From: Macrostomum lignano
Taxonomy: Eukaryota
Direction: 5' to 3'
Assembly: GCA_002269645.1 (NCBI GenBank)
Contig: NIVC01000103.1
Location: 552,122 to 616,121 of the forward strand
Length of the DNA stretch: 64,000 nucleotides
This document shows, piece after piece, positions 1-13,259 of the stretch. The notes under the pieces were generated by a model. It saw only the letters and a program-made list of their open reading frames with translations, ran no database searches and was not told the DNA's origin. Made by a program: the position numbers and the translations under genes. Position 1 is the stretch's first letter. Every line of letters starts with the position of its first letter.

Positions 1-649
1 AGCACAGTGAATGCGCTGTGACCACTAGAGTGGCTGTTGATGCAGACGGTGGGAAAAGGAAAAATGACCCGCAAAGAAGTCAGGTCACCTTTCTTGTCTA
101 GAAGGCCCTTGTAGACAGACCCAGTTCCTTGATATAGGGCATATATGTTATTAATAATGTTAGTAACTTTACTTACTATTTAGCTAAACTGCACATCGAA
201 TTGTTACAATTACTACAAAGCCGCTACTTTTACTGTGAAAGCTCCGACAAGGCGTAAAGGTAATGGACGAGCCGTCAAAGCGACTACGATACTGTTGGAG
301 GGAAAGAATGGGCCACAGCGCAATAATTCTGTCTTCGCAATGCTGAGATTTGATTTGTTTTTTTCTCTAATATAACTTGCCCAGGGACTTCGTACATTGC
401 TACAGTCATGGTTTTTTATACAAGTACTTTTTTATTGCGGAAATTCGGACAATATTTGGCATAAAAGTCTTTCTTAACATAACGTGCTACTAACAGTAGG
501 TTCATGAGTCTATACTGGTTTTACTATTCAATAGACATTTTCGGCCAATGATTAGTACAACTTGCAATTTAAGTATCGAAATTGCTTTCATTCAAGTTTA
601 AATATCGGATTATTAGGGGCCTAATTACACTCGGTGCGATTCCCACAGG

Positions 650-2310
650 AGGGTTTCCCGCAGGAGTATTTACCGCAGGAGTATTTACCGCAGGAGTATT
701 TACCGCAGGAGTATTTACCGCAGGAGCATTTACCGCAGGAGTATTTACCGCAGGAGTATTTCTTGCAGGAGGGTTTCCCGCAGGAGTATTTACCGCAGGA
801 GTATTTCTTGCAGGAGGGTTTCCCGCAGGAGTATTTACCGCAGGAGTATTTACCGCAGGAGGGTTTCCCGCAGGAGTATTTACCGCAGGAGTATTTACCG
901 CAAGAGTATTTACCGCAGGAGTATTTACCGCAGGAGTATTTACCGCAGGAGTATTTCTTGCAGGAGGGTTTCCCGCAGGAGTATTTACCGCAGGAGTATT
1001 TACCGTAGGAGTATTTACCGCAGGAGTATTTCTTGCAGGAGGGTTTCCCGCAGGAGTATTTACCGCAGGAGTATTTACCGCAGGAGTATTTACCGCAGGA
1101 GTATTTACCGCAGGAGTATTTCTTGCAGGAGGGTTTCCCACAGGAGTATTTACCGCAGGAGTATTTACCGTAGGAGTATTTACCGCAGGAGTATTTACCG
1201 CAGGAGTATTTACCGCAGGAGTATTTACCGCAGGAGTATTTACCACAGGAGGGTTTCCCGCAGGAGGGTTTCCCGCAGGAGTATTTACCGCAGGAGGGTT
1301 TCCCGCAGGAGTATTTACCGCAGGAGTATTTACCACAGGAGGGTTTTCCGCAGGAGGGTTTCCCGCAGGAGGGTTTCCCACAGGAGTATTTACCGCAGGA
1401 GGGTTTCCCGCAGGAGTATTTACCACAGGAGGGTTTTCCGCAGGAGTATTTACCACAGGAGGGTTTTCCGCAGGATGGTTTCCCGCAGGAGGGTTTCCCA
1501 CAGGAGTATTTACCGCAGGAGTACTTACCACAGGAGGGTTTTCCGCAGGAGGGTTTCCCGCAGGAGTATTTACCGCAGGAGGGTTTCCCGCAGGAGGGTT
1601 TCCCGCAGGAGTATTTACCGCAGGAGGGTTTCCTGGAGGAGTATTTAACGCAGGAGGGTTTCCCGCAGGAGGGTTTCCCGCAGGAGTATTTACCGCAGGA
1701 GGGTTTCCTGGAGGAGTATTTAACGCAGGAGGGTTTCCCGCAGGAGGGTTTCCCGCAGGAGAGTTTCCCGCAGGAGAGTTTCCCGCAGGAGGGTTTCCCG
1801 CAGGAGGGTTTCCCACAGGAGGGTTTCCCGCAGGAGTATTTACCGCAGGAGGGTTTCCTGGAGGAGTATTTAACGCAGGAGAGTTTCCCGCCGGAGGGTT
1901 TCCCGCAGGAGAGTTTCCCGCAGGAGGGTTTCCCGCAGGAGTATTTACCGCAGGAGGGTTTCCTGGAGGAGTATTTAACGCAGGAGAGTTTCCCGCCGGA
2001 GGGTTTCGCGCAGGAGAGTTTCCCGCAGGAGGGTTTCCCGCAGGAGTATTTACCGCAGGAGGGTTTCCTGGAGGAGTATTTAACGCAGGAGAGTTTCCCG
2101 CCGGAGGGTTTCCCGCAGGAGAGTTTCCCGCAGGATGGTTTCCCGCAGGAGGGTTTCCCACAGGAGTATTTACCGCAGGAGTATTTACCACAGGAGGGTT
2201 TCCCGCAGGAGGGTTTCCCGCAGGAGTATTTACCGCAGGAGGGTGTGCCGCAGGAGGGTTTCCCACAGGAGTATTTACCGCAGGAGGGTGTCCCGCAGGA
2301 GGGTTTCCCA
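650..2310. repeat. 15-bp minisatellite array (GCAGGAGTATTTACC / GCAGGAGGGTTTCCC variants)
   Basis: More than 100 tandem 15-mers. The unit lacks stops, which explains the three ~600 aa ORFs here. Confidence 0.97.
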
Positions 2311-3389
2311 AAAGAGGGTTTCTGGAAAGAGGAGAGAGTATCGCATGATATATTGCAGGAGGGTTGCCCACAAGTAAATCTAGCGCCTTTGAGTCCATTG
2401 GTGCCCTTCAAGTTTTCTCTTGCTTCGTGGCCGAGAATCATAATGAGATTTAATGTACATGTACATACATACTCGTAAGTGCTAGTATCTATAACTTATC
2501 TTCGCGTATAAAAAAATCCTAGAAGCTGTAGTAGTGTAACAGCTACGGAGTTTTGGCCCTGGGCCCTAGAACTCAGACTAAGAATCCCTGATGTGCATAT
2601 TACCAAATCTTGACAGCGAAATGTCGTAGGAAAAACTGGCGGTGGAAAACCTCTCGGGAGGAATCCCGGTGATTAGGCCATTTATTGGGGAATATTCTAG
2701 CTATCTTCGCAAGAGATTTTCCTTGGGCGATTTTGAAAGCTTACCAGTTGTCGGGAAGCGGGACGACTTGTCTGTATGGAAGTGGGCGATTCTCTGAAGA
2801 GATTCTACGAGTAAAACTGGAAGATTCTCATTCAATTGGTTCTAGAGGTAGGGAAACTTTCAGCAGCAATTATGGGGTCGATTCTCGGGAGCGATTTTGC
2901 AAAAGGTGCGACTGTTCTGCAAGGAAGTAGTTAAAATGCTTTAAATCCTACAGGACCTCAGGTAAGCAAGACTATAAAAGCAAACGAACACGCAATAGCA
3001 ATCTATATACTTTGCAAAGTTTGAGAACTCACAATTACTCAAGACAGTTCTACACGTTGAAAAGTTGGCAACTAGCCAAATATAAAAGCTTTAATTTCTA
3101 GACAACCATTGGCTATACGAGCTGTCGTGATATTTGGAAACGATGCCAAACTGATTTTCATTGGATGGACGCTGACAATGTATTGGTTGCGTCGAATGTC
3201 CAGACTATCCGATTACAATGTAATGATGGTTGAGGTTATCTCAATGGTTGAGGTTATGGTTGATGGTTGAGTTTTTCCTACTTTATGATAAATTTCCAAT
3301 ACTGCTTGCGTGTAACTGATTGCTTTGTACTCATACTTAAGAGTATAACCCCCTTTTCAGGTCGGATAGCTCAGTGGTAAGGCGTCCTG

Positions 3390-3476
3390 AGCCCCAAAAT
3401 AATGCGACTGCAGTTGGAATCGAGCCTGGGCCGCTGGCACTTCAGCGCGCCGCGCTAGGCACTGGGCTACGGGGTC
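3390..3476 (-). mobile_element. tRNA-derived SINE head (family A), truncated
   Basis: Close match to 28595-28675. The reverse complement carries A-box TAGCCCAGTG and B-box-like GGCTCGATTCC. Confidence 0.75.
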
Positions 3477-6149
3477 TTTGAGCTCCCACGAAAGATAATC
3501 CTCCTTGGCGGAATGTGTACATGCCTGATGATCGTAAAATCAGGGTCGATGTCACGCTCATACAACCATGCAGTGTAGTATTTCGTGTCCCTGATTCGCA
3601 GCAGAGCTCGGCGAGCTCATTAAAAACTGTTGTTGTCTAATTTCAAACTCCAGATTTCAATTCAAATCAGGGGCTGCTTATTTAGAGTTACCAAAATATA
3701 GGTGAAAAGTGAACTCCGATTTTCTCCGGTGGTCCAATGAATCGAATCGGAGGGGACCTTCAACAGGGTGTTAAAAAGGTTAAGCGTGGAAAGTGCCACC
3801 TTTTAGTTCTTTTTATAAATGTTAAATAAACGCTGGACTTGCGCACTATCCGTTAGAGGTTTAATATCCGTTTATCAACACAGCTGATAGTGTTCTCCCT
3901 GCCCCTCTGCACACTGAAGTGGCTGGCAAACTGAAAGTCACGAATTGTCAGCCTAAACTTCATTGACTGCTGCTGCGGCTCAAACTTTCATGGCCATACT
4001 CGAACAGCCACGAGTCCTACATGAGGAAAGTTCTTTTTCCACACGCGCTCGGAGCACTCGTGTTTGAACTGCGGCTCAATTTTTGGCTCCCTGCCAAGTC
4101 TTCTTGTATCCGATTTCGTGGTTCTCCTTCTTTCTCTCGTCTCGCCCTGCAGTTCTCCCCCTTTTCTCGGCTTTAATTCCATCTTCCCCTAGGGGGGGGG
4201 GGGAGAGGCGAAGCGGAGGATGGAGCTGGGATTAAAAGAGGGACGGAGCTCAGAGATTGGGGATTTCCCGCAGGGTGGAGCAGCTGAAATTGGCGTCAGT
4301 TTCCATCTGGTCTGCTTCAAAGGACACGCGTCGGCGACATGCCATCACAGGCTGGGCATATGTAGCCACTAAGTGGTACTAAATCTAAGTACTTCTTAAA
4401 AACCCTTAAAATCTAAATGTCACGAGAAAAATGTTGAACACGATAGTACAATTCATGCGTGCGTGGGTGAAAGAGAGAGAGAGAGAGAGTGAGCATCAGA
4501 GGAAATGAGAATGGCGAACAGTGCTCAAGTCTGTACTAAAAATAGATGCCTCGCCAGATCCTTTCTCTGTCCTTCGAAAAGATTGGGAGGAGGGAGGGAT
4601 AGAGTGACAGAGACATCTCCCAGATCCACTCAAGGAAGTACACAAAGCCCAGCTAATTATCCCTAGTGATATTGCAGAGTCGGGATGGAGTAGATCTGTT
4701 AACATTAGTCTAATCCCACCATAGCCAGGCTGAATTCTAGGGATCTCAAAAGACTGCACACCTATAAGAAAACCTAAACTGCAGAAAGAAGTTGACAATA
4801 TTTTCTATAATTTTTTTCAATGCCTTGTCTAGCATCTGAATTTTCTTTCTGGCATTATGCAATATATGCAATATCTTCAAGCATAGAAAAGTGTATATTA
4901 TAAATCTTTGGTCATGATCTATAATTAGCAAGTGGATAAATTAAGAAAAACAATTCATATAGGGTATATACTACTATTACAATTCTTATCATTCAGTTTT
5001 GTTTTTGAAAATAATTGATCTACCACTGGAAAGGATTTTAAATATAGAAGAATAGACAAATTATTTTTGTAAAATTCTTTATACAATTACCATTTATGCA
5101 TGAACTGCATTCCAGTTTTTAAAGAAAATTCTACAAATATGCTTGTAGCAATATGCTTAAACACCAATTTTTATTCTATGTAATCAGATATACCAGGTAT
5201 ATTCATCTTGTTGAATTCTTCCTAATCATACTGGACTAGCTGCAATTCAATTTAATTCACCAGAGTCTGGCCAGAAGTTTTTTTAAAACACAATAATAAT
5301 TAATTTAATACAAATTCTATGATGACTAATTACAAAGTATTTTTGTCTCTAAAGACAAAAAATATAACAAAAATATTGTGTTAAATAATAACTAATTAAG
5401 TATAATAATATTAATAATATTTAATAAATAAATATTAAGTAATATTACAAAAAAACAATACTACAAAAATATAATATTTATTATTTAACATATAGTTTTA
5501 TTTGGCTTTGCCCCCTTTATTAGAAAGAAAACAAAAATGTTATTGAACAAAAATTGAATTTACTTAAAGATACTTTAAAGATCATAAGTACTAAAATTTG
5601 AAATAAACACAAACAAAACTGTTAAAATGCTTACCTAAACTTAAATCATTCACTCTTTATCACATTCACAATATTATGCATAAGTATTGTTATGGTTGAC
5701 AGCTTGATTACTAGACTACTGCATAAGTATCGCAAAAACGGAATTTAATAAAGACATGACTTTATTCAATCACTAAACGATTTTTTCTTCTAGATTCGAT
5801 TTGCAAATCTTATTTAGTGCGTGACTATTAATATCACTTTCTGGCACTACCACTTTCTGTATCAAACACGTGGTAGGTGTCAGCGAGGCCAGTCAAAGTA
5901 ATAGAAATTTAAATTCACACGAAACGACGGTTACCATTGTAGCGTTGCTAGGATTTTTTATCTAGGACAGGAAAGAATTTTTAAACCAAATAGGAACTTT
6001 GAACCATAAATGTCAAATCTAAGAGCTTCGACTTTTTATGAAAATTGTTATACCGTTATAATATCTAAATATTCATTCTAACACACAAACAGTACATGTA
6101 CATACATAGCGTTAACGTATAATATGTTCTGCTTTTAATATAATATTTA

Positions 6150-6470
6150 ATACTAATAATTGATTACACCTGACCCAAATTGGACCAGACGTGCAACCGA
6201 CAGCTCAGCCGCAGCTATTGCGCGTGCATCTGAAGGCAACGGCTGTTCTCTCGCCATGCAGGATTGCAGGTTCCGTCGCCATGCACTAAGCTGCTGCACA
6301 CAGCCTTATACCCCAGCTAAATGCTGGTTTGCCCATTTTACAGCTAGGTGAACTGAACTAATGCAGAGTTAAGTGTCTTGCTCAAGGACAAAAACGGTGT
6401 TCCAGTGGGATCGGGAATCGATCCCCGGCGGACCTTTCAGTTCGACGCTCTAACCCATGCACTGTCATGT
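6150..6470 (-). mobile_element. tRNA-derived CORE-type SINE
   Basis: The reverse complement reads GGTTAGAGCG (A-box region)...GGATCGATTCCC (B-box-like), then GTCCTTGAGCAAGACACTTAACTC...CACCTAGCTGTAAAATGGG, which resembles the MIR/CORE domain. It ends in an ATT-rich tail. Confidence 0.7.
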
Positions 6471-6968
6471 AGATACATGTACATGTAGTAGGATACAACC
6501 CCCATACTTAGCTTTTAATTAAGTATAGCTAACCTGGATTTCAAGCGACATCGAGAATAAAATTAAGTTGTTATCACTCGAAATATCTATAGTGATACAT
6601 GTATGTTATATGTACAGTATATGCTTTATAATTTGATTTTTAAAGCCCCATACACATAAATCTAAGTAAAAGTATACGTGTCATGCATGCATTTATTCTA
6701 CGTCAGACTTGATTTTTTATTTTAGATGTATGTGGACAGCTAGGTTAATTGCTCCTACGTGTATGTCCCTTCTAATATAATTTCTTGCAAAATTATATGC
6801 CTTAAGATAAAAACTTGTAGCATCATCGGCTAAATTTATTGGCTTAAATAGGGGCACAATTGGCTCATAGCTCTGCTGTTTGAGCACGTCGTTAAAATCG
6901 GAAATGATCAAGTGCAATTAAGTTAGTTCAATTAAAAATTGTTTGAGCTGTCAGTCTCAGATACGGCA

Positions 6969-8881
6969 TTAATTACGGCGTGTTCTCTCCAGAATGAACT
7001 CAGCCGTGTCCTGATTGGCCTCCTGGACCTTAGCCAGAGTGTCCGGCTTCTCCCGATCGGATCGCTTGGTGCAGAACCCGTGCTGTACCCCAATGAATCT
7101 TTTGTGCAGACACCTGGCCGCCAGCTCCTTGTCAGGAATGCCGTCCAAAAATTCGGCCATCTCCGGATCGTTCTCGGCTGGGAATAGCGCAATCGGTGCC
7201 CGAATCTTGGCGATGTCTTCGGCCGATTGGCGCGACGGGTGCAGGCCGACGCCGCATGCGAACGGGTTGGAGGAGTCGGCCAAGGTGAGGGCCACCACCC
7301 AGCCGCCCCAGCAGAAGCCAATGATGGCCACCGGGCAGTCATCGCCGAGCTGCTGGCGCATGTACGGAATTACCGTGTCGAACGTGTCGCGTATCGCTTT
7401 GCCAGCGTCGGCTACTTCGCCGATCCATTTGAAGAATTCAGCCTGATGAAAATAGTGCAGTTATTTTGTGGTAAAGAGCATGTACTTACTTCAATCATCG
7501 GATTAGATTTTTAACTCGTTCGACTGATAATTTATGTTGTTGAAAAAAGGGAACTACGAGCTAACATGTAGTTTTGGCGATTAACGAAATGAGATTTCAG
7601 TAAGTGAGTATAAGGCTAATGCGGCTTTGCTTGGTCGGGTCTCTGGACAGTACACCGCAGCTTAGGGCGTCAGTCGACCTGCACTTAGACAGCGGGACGA
7701 CAAACAGTTAGTAGCCTAAATGTAGATAGAGGCAGGTGTGCATGTATGCACCAACCATGGTGTACTTTAAGCGACATTGTCATACAACCGGCAAGAGGCA
7801 TGTGCATTACTGCCCATTCCGCCCACTCGGCCGTGAGCAGGTATACAAGCGCGCGGATACGTGACACACACGGGGGTGTACATACAGGCCCTAAATTTAT
7901 TTATCGTCAGTCAGCACACTTCACTGGCCATTGAAGGGTTGACCCTCAAGAAAGTTAATTGCACGAGCAGAGCCAAGCCGATTCCTATTTAGCCCCAAAA
8001 TGTGACTGCACTTCAGAGCGCCGCGCCAGGCACTGGGCTACGGGGTCACCCCCCGTAAAAGTATACGTACGAGTACTTATATCAAGCGGGCACACCCCCT
8101 GACACCGGGTGTGCCGCCATCCTCATCCTCACGTACGAGTACTTATATCAAACGGGCACACCCCCTGACACCGGGTGTGCCGCCATCCTCATCCTCACGT
8201 ACGAGTACTTATATCAAACGGGCACACCCCCTGACACCGGGTGTGCCGCCATCCTCATCCTCACGTACGAGTACTTATATCAAACGGGCACACCCCCTGA
8301 CACCGGGTGTGCCGCCATCCTCATCCTCACGTACGAGTACTTATATCAAACGGGCACACCCCCTGACACCGGGTGTGCCGCCATCCTCATCCTCACGTAC
8401 GAGTACTTATATCAAGCGGGCACACCCCCTGACACCGGGTGTGCCGCCATCCTCATCCTCACACATGTTACACGTAAACTCTGCTCTGCACAAAGATAAT
8501 CAAGGGCCTCTGACGACGAGGCATTTGCTGATATTGAATTATACAACGGTAAATATAGCTGCCCGAATCCACTATCACTACCTGATCCTCAATAGGGAAC
8601 TGCTTCCAAGCTCGACCGCGAAAGTAGTCCGGCATCACCACAGTGCCGTCGACGGCCGCGGCCAGCTCGTCGCAGAACAGTCGCGTCTGTTCAACCTCGA
8701 AGCCAAAGATGTCGTAGGCCGCGACGATGCCAACCCGACGGCCGGAACCGGTTTTGTAAATTGGCAACTGCGAGTCAGCGCTGGACGACTGCAGCTTCTG
8801 GACGGTGCCAACGGTGGCTCCGACTGGCATGTGATCCACAGGGGTGCCCTGTCGACAGCAGGCTTCGTCCTTTGAAGACAT
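6969..8881 (-). CDS. Dienelactone hydrolase family protein (CMBL-like), 2 exons, 257 aa
   Basis: Exons 8881-8582 and 7442-6969, GT-AG, phase 0. Motifs: DIFG, VVMPDYFRG, GFCWGG (nucleophile Cys), ENDP, VQHGF. Confidence 0.93.
7750..8047 (-). mobile_element. SINE family A copy in the DLH intron (B-box region deleted)
   Basis: Colinear with 28319-28675 over ~300 bp, e.g. TTAATTGCACGAGCAGAGCCAAGCCGA and TTTAAGCGACATTGTCA. Confidence 0.85.
8065..8460. repeat. 66-bp tandem repeat, 6 copies, in the DLH intron
   Basis: Near-identical units that appear as a 22-aa period in the spurious ORF. Each unit has an internal hairpin GGCACACC...GGTGTGCC. Confidence 0.97.
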
Positions 8882-9134
8882 TCTGGCTGGTGTAACGCCG
8901 GAAACTGGCACAGTAGGGAAATGTTAGTTCTTATTTCGCAAATATGTTGCATTGGACCAAGTTACAGTTATAAAAATATAAAAATATCAATAGTTGCAGA
9001 AGGGCTGTGGGCCCTAGCAAAATCGTCCCACAATCAACCAGCGCTGCGGCAGTTCTGCTCGTTCCATTGGCTCCTGAACGCTCCTGACATGTACATGTAC
9101 AAGCGCACAAATACTGTATATATGATGCAGATGC

Positions 9135-9531
9135 TCACAGCAATGTCAGCATCTGAATCACAGCAATGTCAGCATCTGCATCACAGCAATGTCAGCATCT
9201 GAATCACAGCAATGTCAGCATCTGAATCACAGCAATGTCAGCATCTGAATCACAGCAATGTCAGCATCAGCATCACAGCAATGTCAGCATCTGCATCACA
9301 GCAATGTCAGCATCTGCACCACAGCAATGTCAGCATCTGAATCACAGCAAATGTCAGCATCTGAATCACAGCAATGTCAGCATCTGAATCACAGCAATGT
9401 CAGCATCTGCATCACAGCAATGTCAGCATCTGAATCACAGCAATGTCAGCATCTGAATCACAGCAATGTCAGCATCTGAATCACAGCAATGTCAGCATCT
9501 GAATCACAGCAATGTCAGCATCTGAATCACA
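9135..9531. repeat. 23-bp minisatellite (ATCACAGCAATGTCAGCATCTGA)
   Basis: Direct tandem copies upstream of the DLH start codon. Confidence 0.96.
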
Positions 9532-12500
9532 ACGGTTGTAAAGCTATATATGCATACATGTAGTTATCTAACTCACCAAAAAAGGTAAATTAAAAGTTGT
9601 TTTGTTCACTAATTCCAATTTGTAGAGAACTGATCGACTAATTATGGCAGCTATAGTATATGCAGACAATTAGAACTGGTGTTTAGCTATATGAGAGATC
9701 TGCGTGTGCACTGCGTGGAAAGTTATAAGGTTGCGAGACTCTTATCAGGCTTTGACACTTCATGCAACTTTTCAGCGCTGTCTGAAATGCAAGAGAGAGT
9801 ACGCTTTTGTCCATTAGCCAGAGAAACGGCTAGAGCATACAATATATACACCATATTTGGCCGTGCAGTGCACAATGCGCGACCGTACAGCGTACATGTA
9901 ACTGCGCGCGGGCACGCTGTATGCAATGATTTGGACATGACTCGTTCATGTGTCTGTCTTCTTGCCTGTCTGTCAGCATGTATTTCGAAGAAATCGTACT
10001 TTGTAAATGTACATGGAATTAGATAGCGAGCATTTTTTTTGTTGGTCTTATAATAAGCATATGCCTAGAATGCTTAAGTGTAAAGGAATTAGATTCTCTT
10101 GAGAACGAAAGCATGCAATGCAGTTTTTTTACTCCGGAGCAACTTGACCTGTGAAGAATTCATTTGACCTGCTGAAGATGACTCACATTAAATGTACTGG
10201 CGCACTGCATGCTATAAAAATTATTACCTTAGACATTTCTATATAACCCAGCCTTCTGGCCATGCACATGCAATAAATATATAACTTAAATGGGGGATGC
10301 TCAAAATTTATCTGTGGCGTAGCCAGGAGGGGTGGTAGAGCTCCGAACTATAATCTAATGATGATTCTCTAACTTTCTTACCATTTTTTGTCTCGATATC
10401 TTAAGGACGTATACATAAGTGTATTACTTAGCGACTATAGGTACACTCTGTCATCTCTGAAGCAAGGGCTACTACCAAGTTGTACATTTCTAAATTTAAC
10501 TGACATGTGTAAATTTATATACTACTTCCAACGCATTACAACAATGAGAAAAACAAGTATCATTAAATGATTTTACGGCATTATCAAAATTCTTATAAAT
10601 GTATAGCGTTATTTTATCAAGCGTGCATAGTTTCCACAATTTGATTTGCCAATTTCTTAGAAGTCGACAGTGATCGATGTAGATTGTAGATTGTAGAAAA
10701 TCTGCGGATTCGATTCGAATGCTGTACTACTGATGGGTCTTGTCTCGTGGTTTGGTTGCTTGGAATTCTCACTTAACGGCTAACGCAATAACTACCGGAA
10801 TAGAAAAATATAGTACATTTAATACTGGCTAGAACAAAAAAATGTTAATCATTTTACACAATTAGTTAGCCTTCACAACACAAACGACAAGCTGGCAGCT
10901 GCATGTGTCTGTGTCTGGTCTGTCAGAATCGCCACCTCCATAAATTGACTAGGCCTAATTGAAGCAACTGCCATTTTCACAGATTTACTCTGTATCGTCT
11001 ATCGTGTATTGGCCCCTAGGGCCTAGCACCTGTCTTTGTTTTTTCAATGTCAATTTCAGCAACAACAACAACAAGTTATGCCCCAGAGTCAGCGGTGGGC
11101 GTCACAGAGCGTGGGTGCGCCTCAGAGCGCGGGATCGAAGGAAAGCCGGGCCATTGGCTTGGTCGGGGGCGCCAGCGTTGGCCAGCATCTTGAAAATCTG
11201 AAAAGATTTACAAATATTAATAAGCATTTAAACTCTCATTTCAAGCTAGTAAAATTTAGGGCTATTCTTGTAAATTCTGCCTATAACATAGAGTCTGTTT
11301 AAAATTATCGATTTGGTTATAATTGAATTAGGCCAGAATTTATTTGAATTTACTCAGCTAAGTCAACTTTATGCAATTTCATAGCATGCCTATTAGTCTA
11401 TGTTTATTTTTTTATGTTGGTAGATTAAACTTACATTTACAACTTCCTTGGCATCTTTTGAATGTTGCAAAGTCAATTATTGATATTGTCATTATTTGTT
11501 GCCTAAGTTCCAGAATTTGTTTAAGTAAGCATTGATTAGTTGAAAATAGAATAATTTGCTTTAGATAATTTTTTAGATAATTTAGGTATATTGGAGGGTT
11601 GATTTAGATTGCGCAATCATTTTGTTAACTTTAACTAGGCCTAAGACTAGTACTGACTGATAGAGAAATCAATTGCGCAATCAGTTGATTCAATTAGTTC
11701 AATTTTTTCTTATTGGCAGCCTTTTAACACGCAGCTCTAACCATAACCCTAACCCTAGCCACTAAATCCTGAGAGTTGAGCTCTATTTGACAGAGAAAAT
11801 TTTGATTGAGTCCAGTTTCACAAAGAGGATTTCAATGGTTTTTAGTTTCATGGAAAGGGTTTCTGTTTTGTGGTAAGGATTTTGCTTTTTCTCAGTTTAA
11901 TAGAGAGGATTTTGATAGGCCTTAGATTTAGAGAAAAGTGGGATGATGGGATTCAGGTTATGCAATTTAGCTGATAAAGTTCAGGCAATAGAATTTCCTG
12001 TGATGGAAGTTCTTCGCCTTTCTCTTCTAATGGAGGAGTTGGCCTCGTATATTATAATCCCATATATTTTAGTGATTTAGGTCCTACATGTACTTGTACA
12101 TATAAATTTATACTAATACTAGGCCTATATATATTAGTTGAAGTCTATTGAGTTTTAAATATCTGGAATCAATGCTTTTATATTGACTTTAACATGCCTT
12201 TTAAATATTTTTGATATACTCTATGCTTCCCTAGAGTCATTCTAAAAATTGCCTAGATTCACTTGCATTGCCCCATAGTTGTTTTAGAGTTATAGACAAT
12301 AACTAGCCATTTAGGGCCTTAAAAATGACACCAAATTGCCATGAATCAAAACTTTCATCAGCCAAAAAAGTTTCCTTCATCAACCCAAAACATTTTCTCA
12401 ATCAGCAAATAGTGTTTATCCTTTTAAGCACAAACTCTTAGTGTATATTGTCACTGGCTGGGGCATATTCTGGTTTATAGCAGGAGCTTACAGTCTTAGA

Positions 12501-12561
12501 CCCCTCTTTATTAGCCTAACTCAAAGAATCCCCTAGAAAGCAAGCATCCCCTAGACAGCAA

Positions 12562-13259
12562 CCATAGTCAGGAAGGTGGCAAGTGCATGCGAGAATCAAT
12601 TTATGGAAAAATCCTTGGTGCACGCCAATGTACGCCAATTTTTTAAAACCCTTAACATGACGTTTCTGTTGCACGCCAAAAATCTTGAATACCAAAAATC
12701 ATGTACGCCAAAAATTGTATTTGCATTCTTGATTTGAATATTAACTGTATTAGATGCTATTTTTAAATAAATTTTCTACTTACATTAAACAAAGTTTATA
12801 TAAAAAAAGAAAATTTGCTACAAAGAACATAGTGAGTATCAAAAACTTTTTCTTCACATTTCAAGAAACAAATAAACTAAAAGTCTACAAGAGTCACAAA
12901 ATAAGAGCGTTTAAAAGTTATTGGATATTTTAATTTTAATGTAGGCTGTAGAGTGTAGGCCTGGCTGTAGGCTAGGCTGTAGCCTCAACTAGTTGGTTTA
13001 ATCAATATTCAAATTCAATTGTTCACGTTTAACTTTATATATTGTATATATATAGTGTATACATCTATGTCTGACTTGTTGATATACTGTCAGTTTGTAA
13101 TTGCACGCCAAGGTTACACGCCAAGTAAAAAACTTGTACGCTGAAAATTTAGGCGTGGCTTGAGACCCCTATTTGCACGCCAACTTTGCACGCCAAAATT
13201 TTAGCATGGCTTGTGCACGTGGGAAAATTCCTGCATGCAGGCCACCTTCCTGAGTATGG
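12562..13259. mobile_element. MITE with 19-bp TIRs and 8-bp TSD (hAT/P-like), inserted into a minisatellite
   Basis: TIRs CCATAGTCAGGAAGGTGGC and GCCACCTTCCTGAGTATGG (1 mismatch). Perfect TSD GACAGCAA at 12554-12561 and 13260-13267. Subterminal GCACGCCAA motifs. Confidence 0.92.

Noticed and set aside
3360-3386. tRNA gene
   Set aside because: Only an acceptor/D-arm-like 5' part is present. There is no anticodon arm or T-arm on the same strand.
4746-5260. P-element/THAP9-like transposase C-terminus on the minus strand (KKIIENIVNFFLQFRF)
   Set aside because: The resemblance is limited to one short helix, and adjacent frames are full of stops with no catalytic motifs.
11080-11210. GC-rich segment as a coding exon between DLH and ALAD
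   Set aside because: No recognisable protein motif and no consistent splice pair. It may be promoter or UTR of the divergent pair.
11738-11760. Interstitial telomere (TAACCC)
   Set aside because: Only 2-3 imperfect units.
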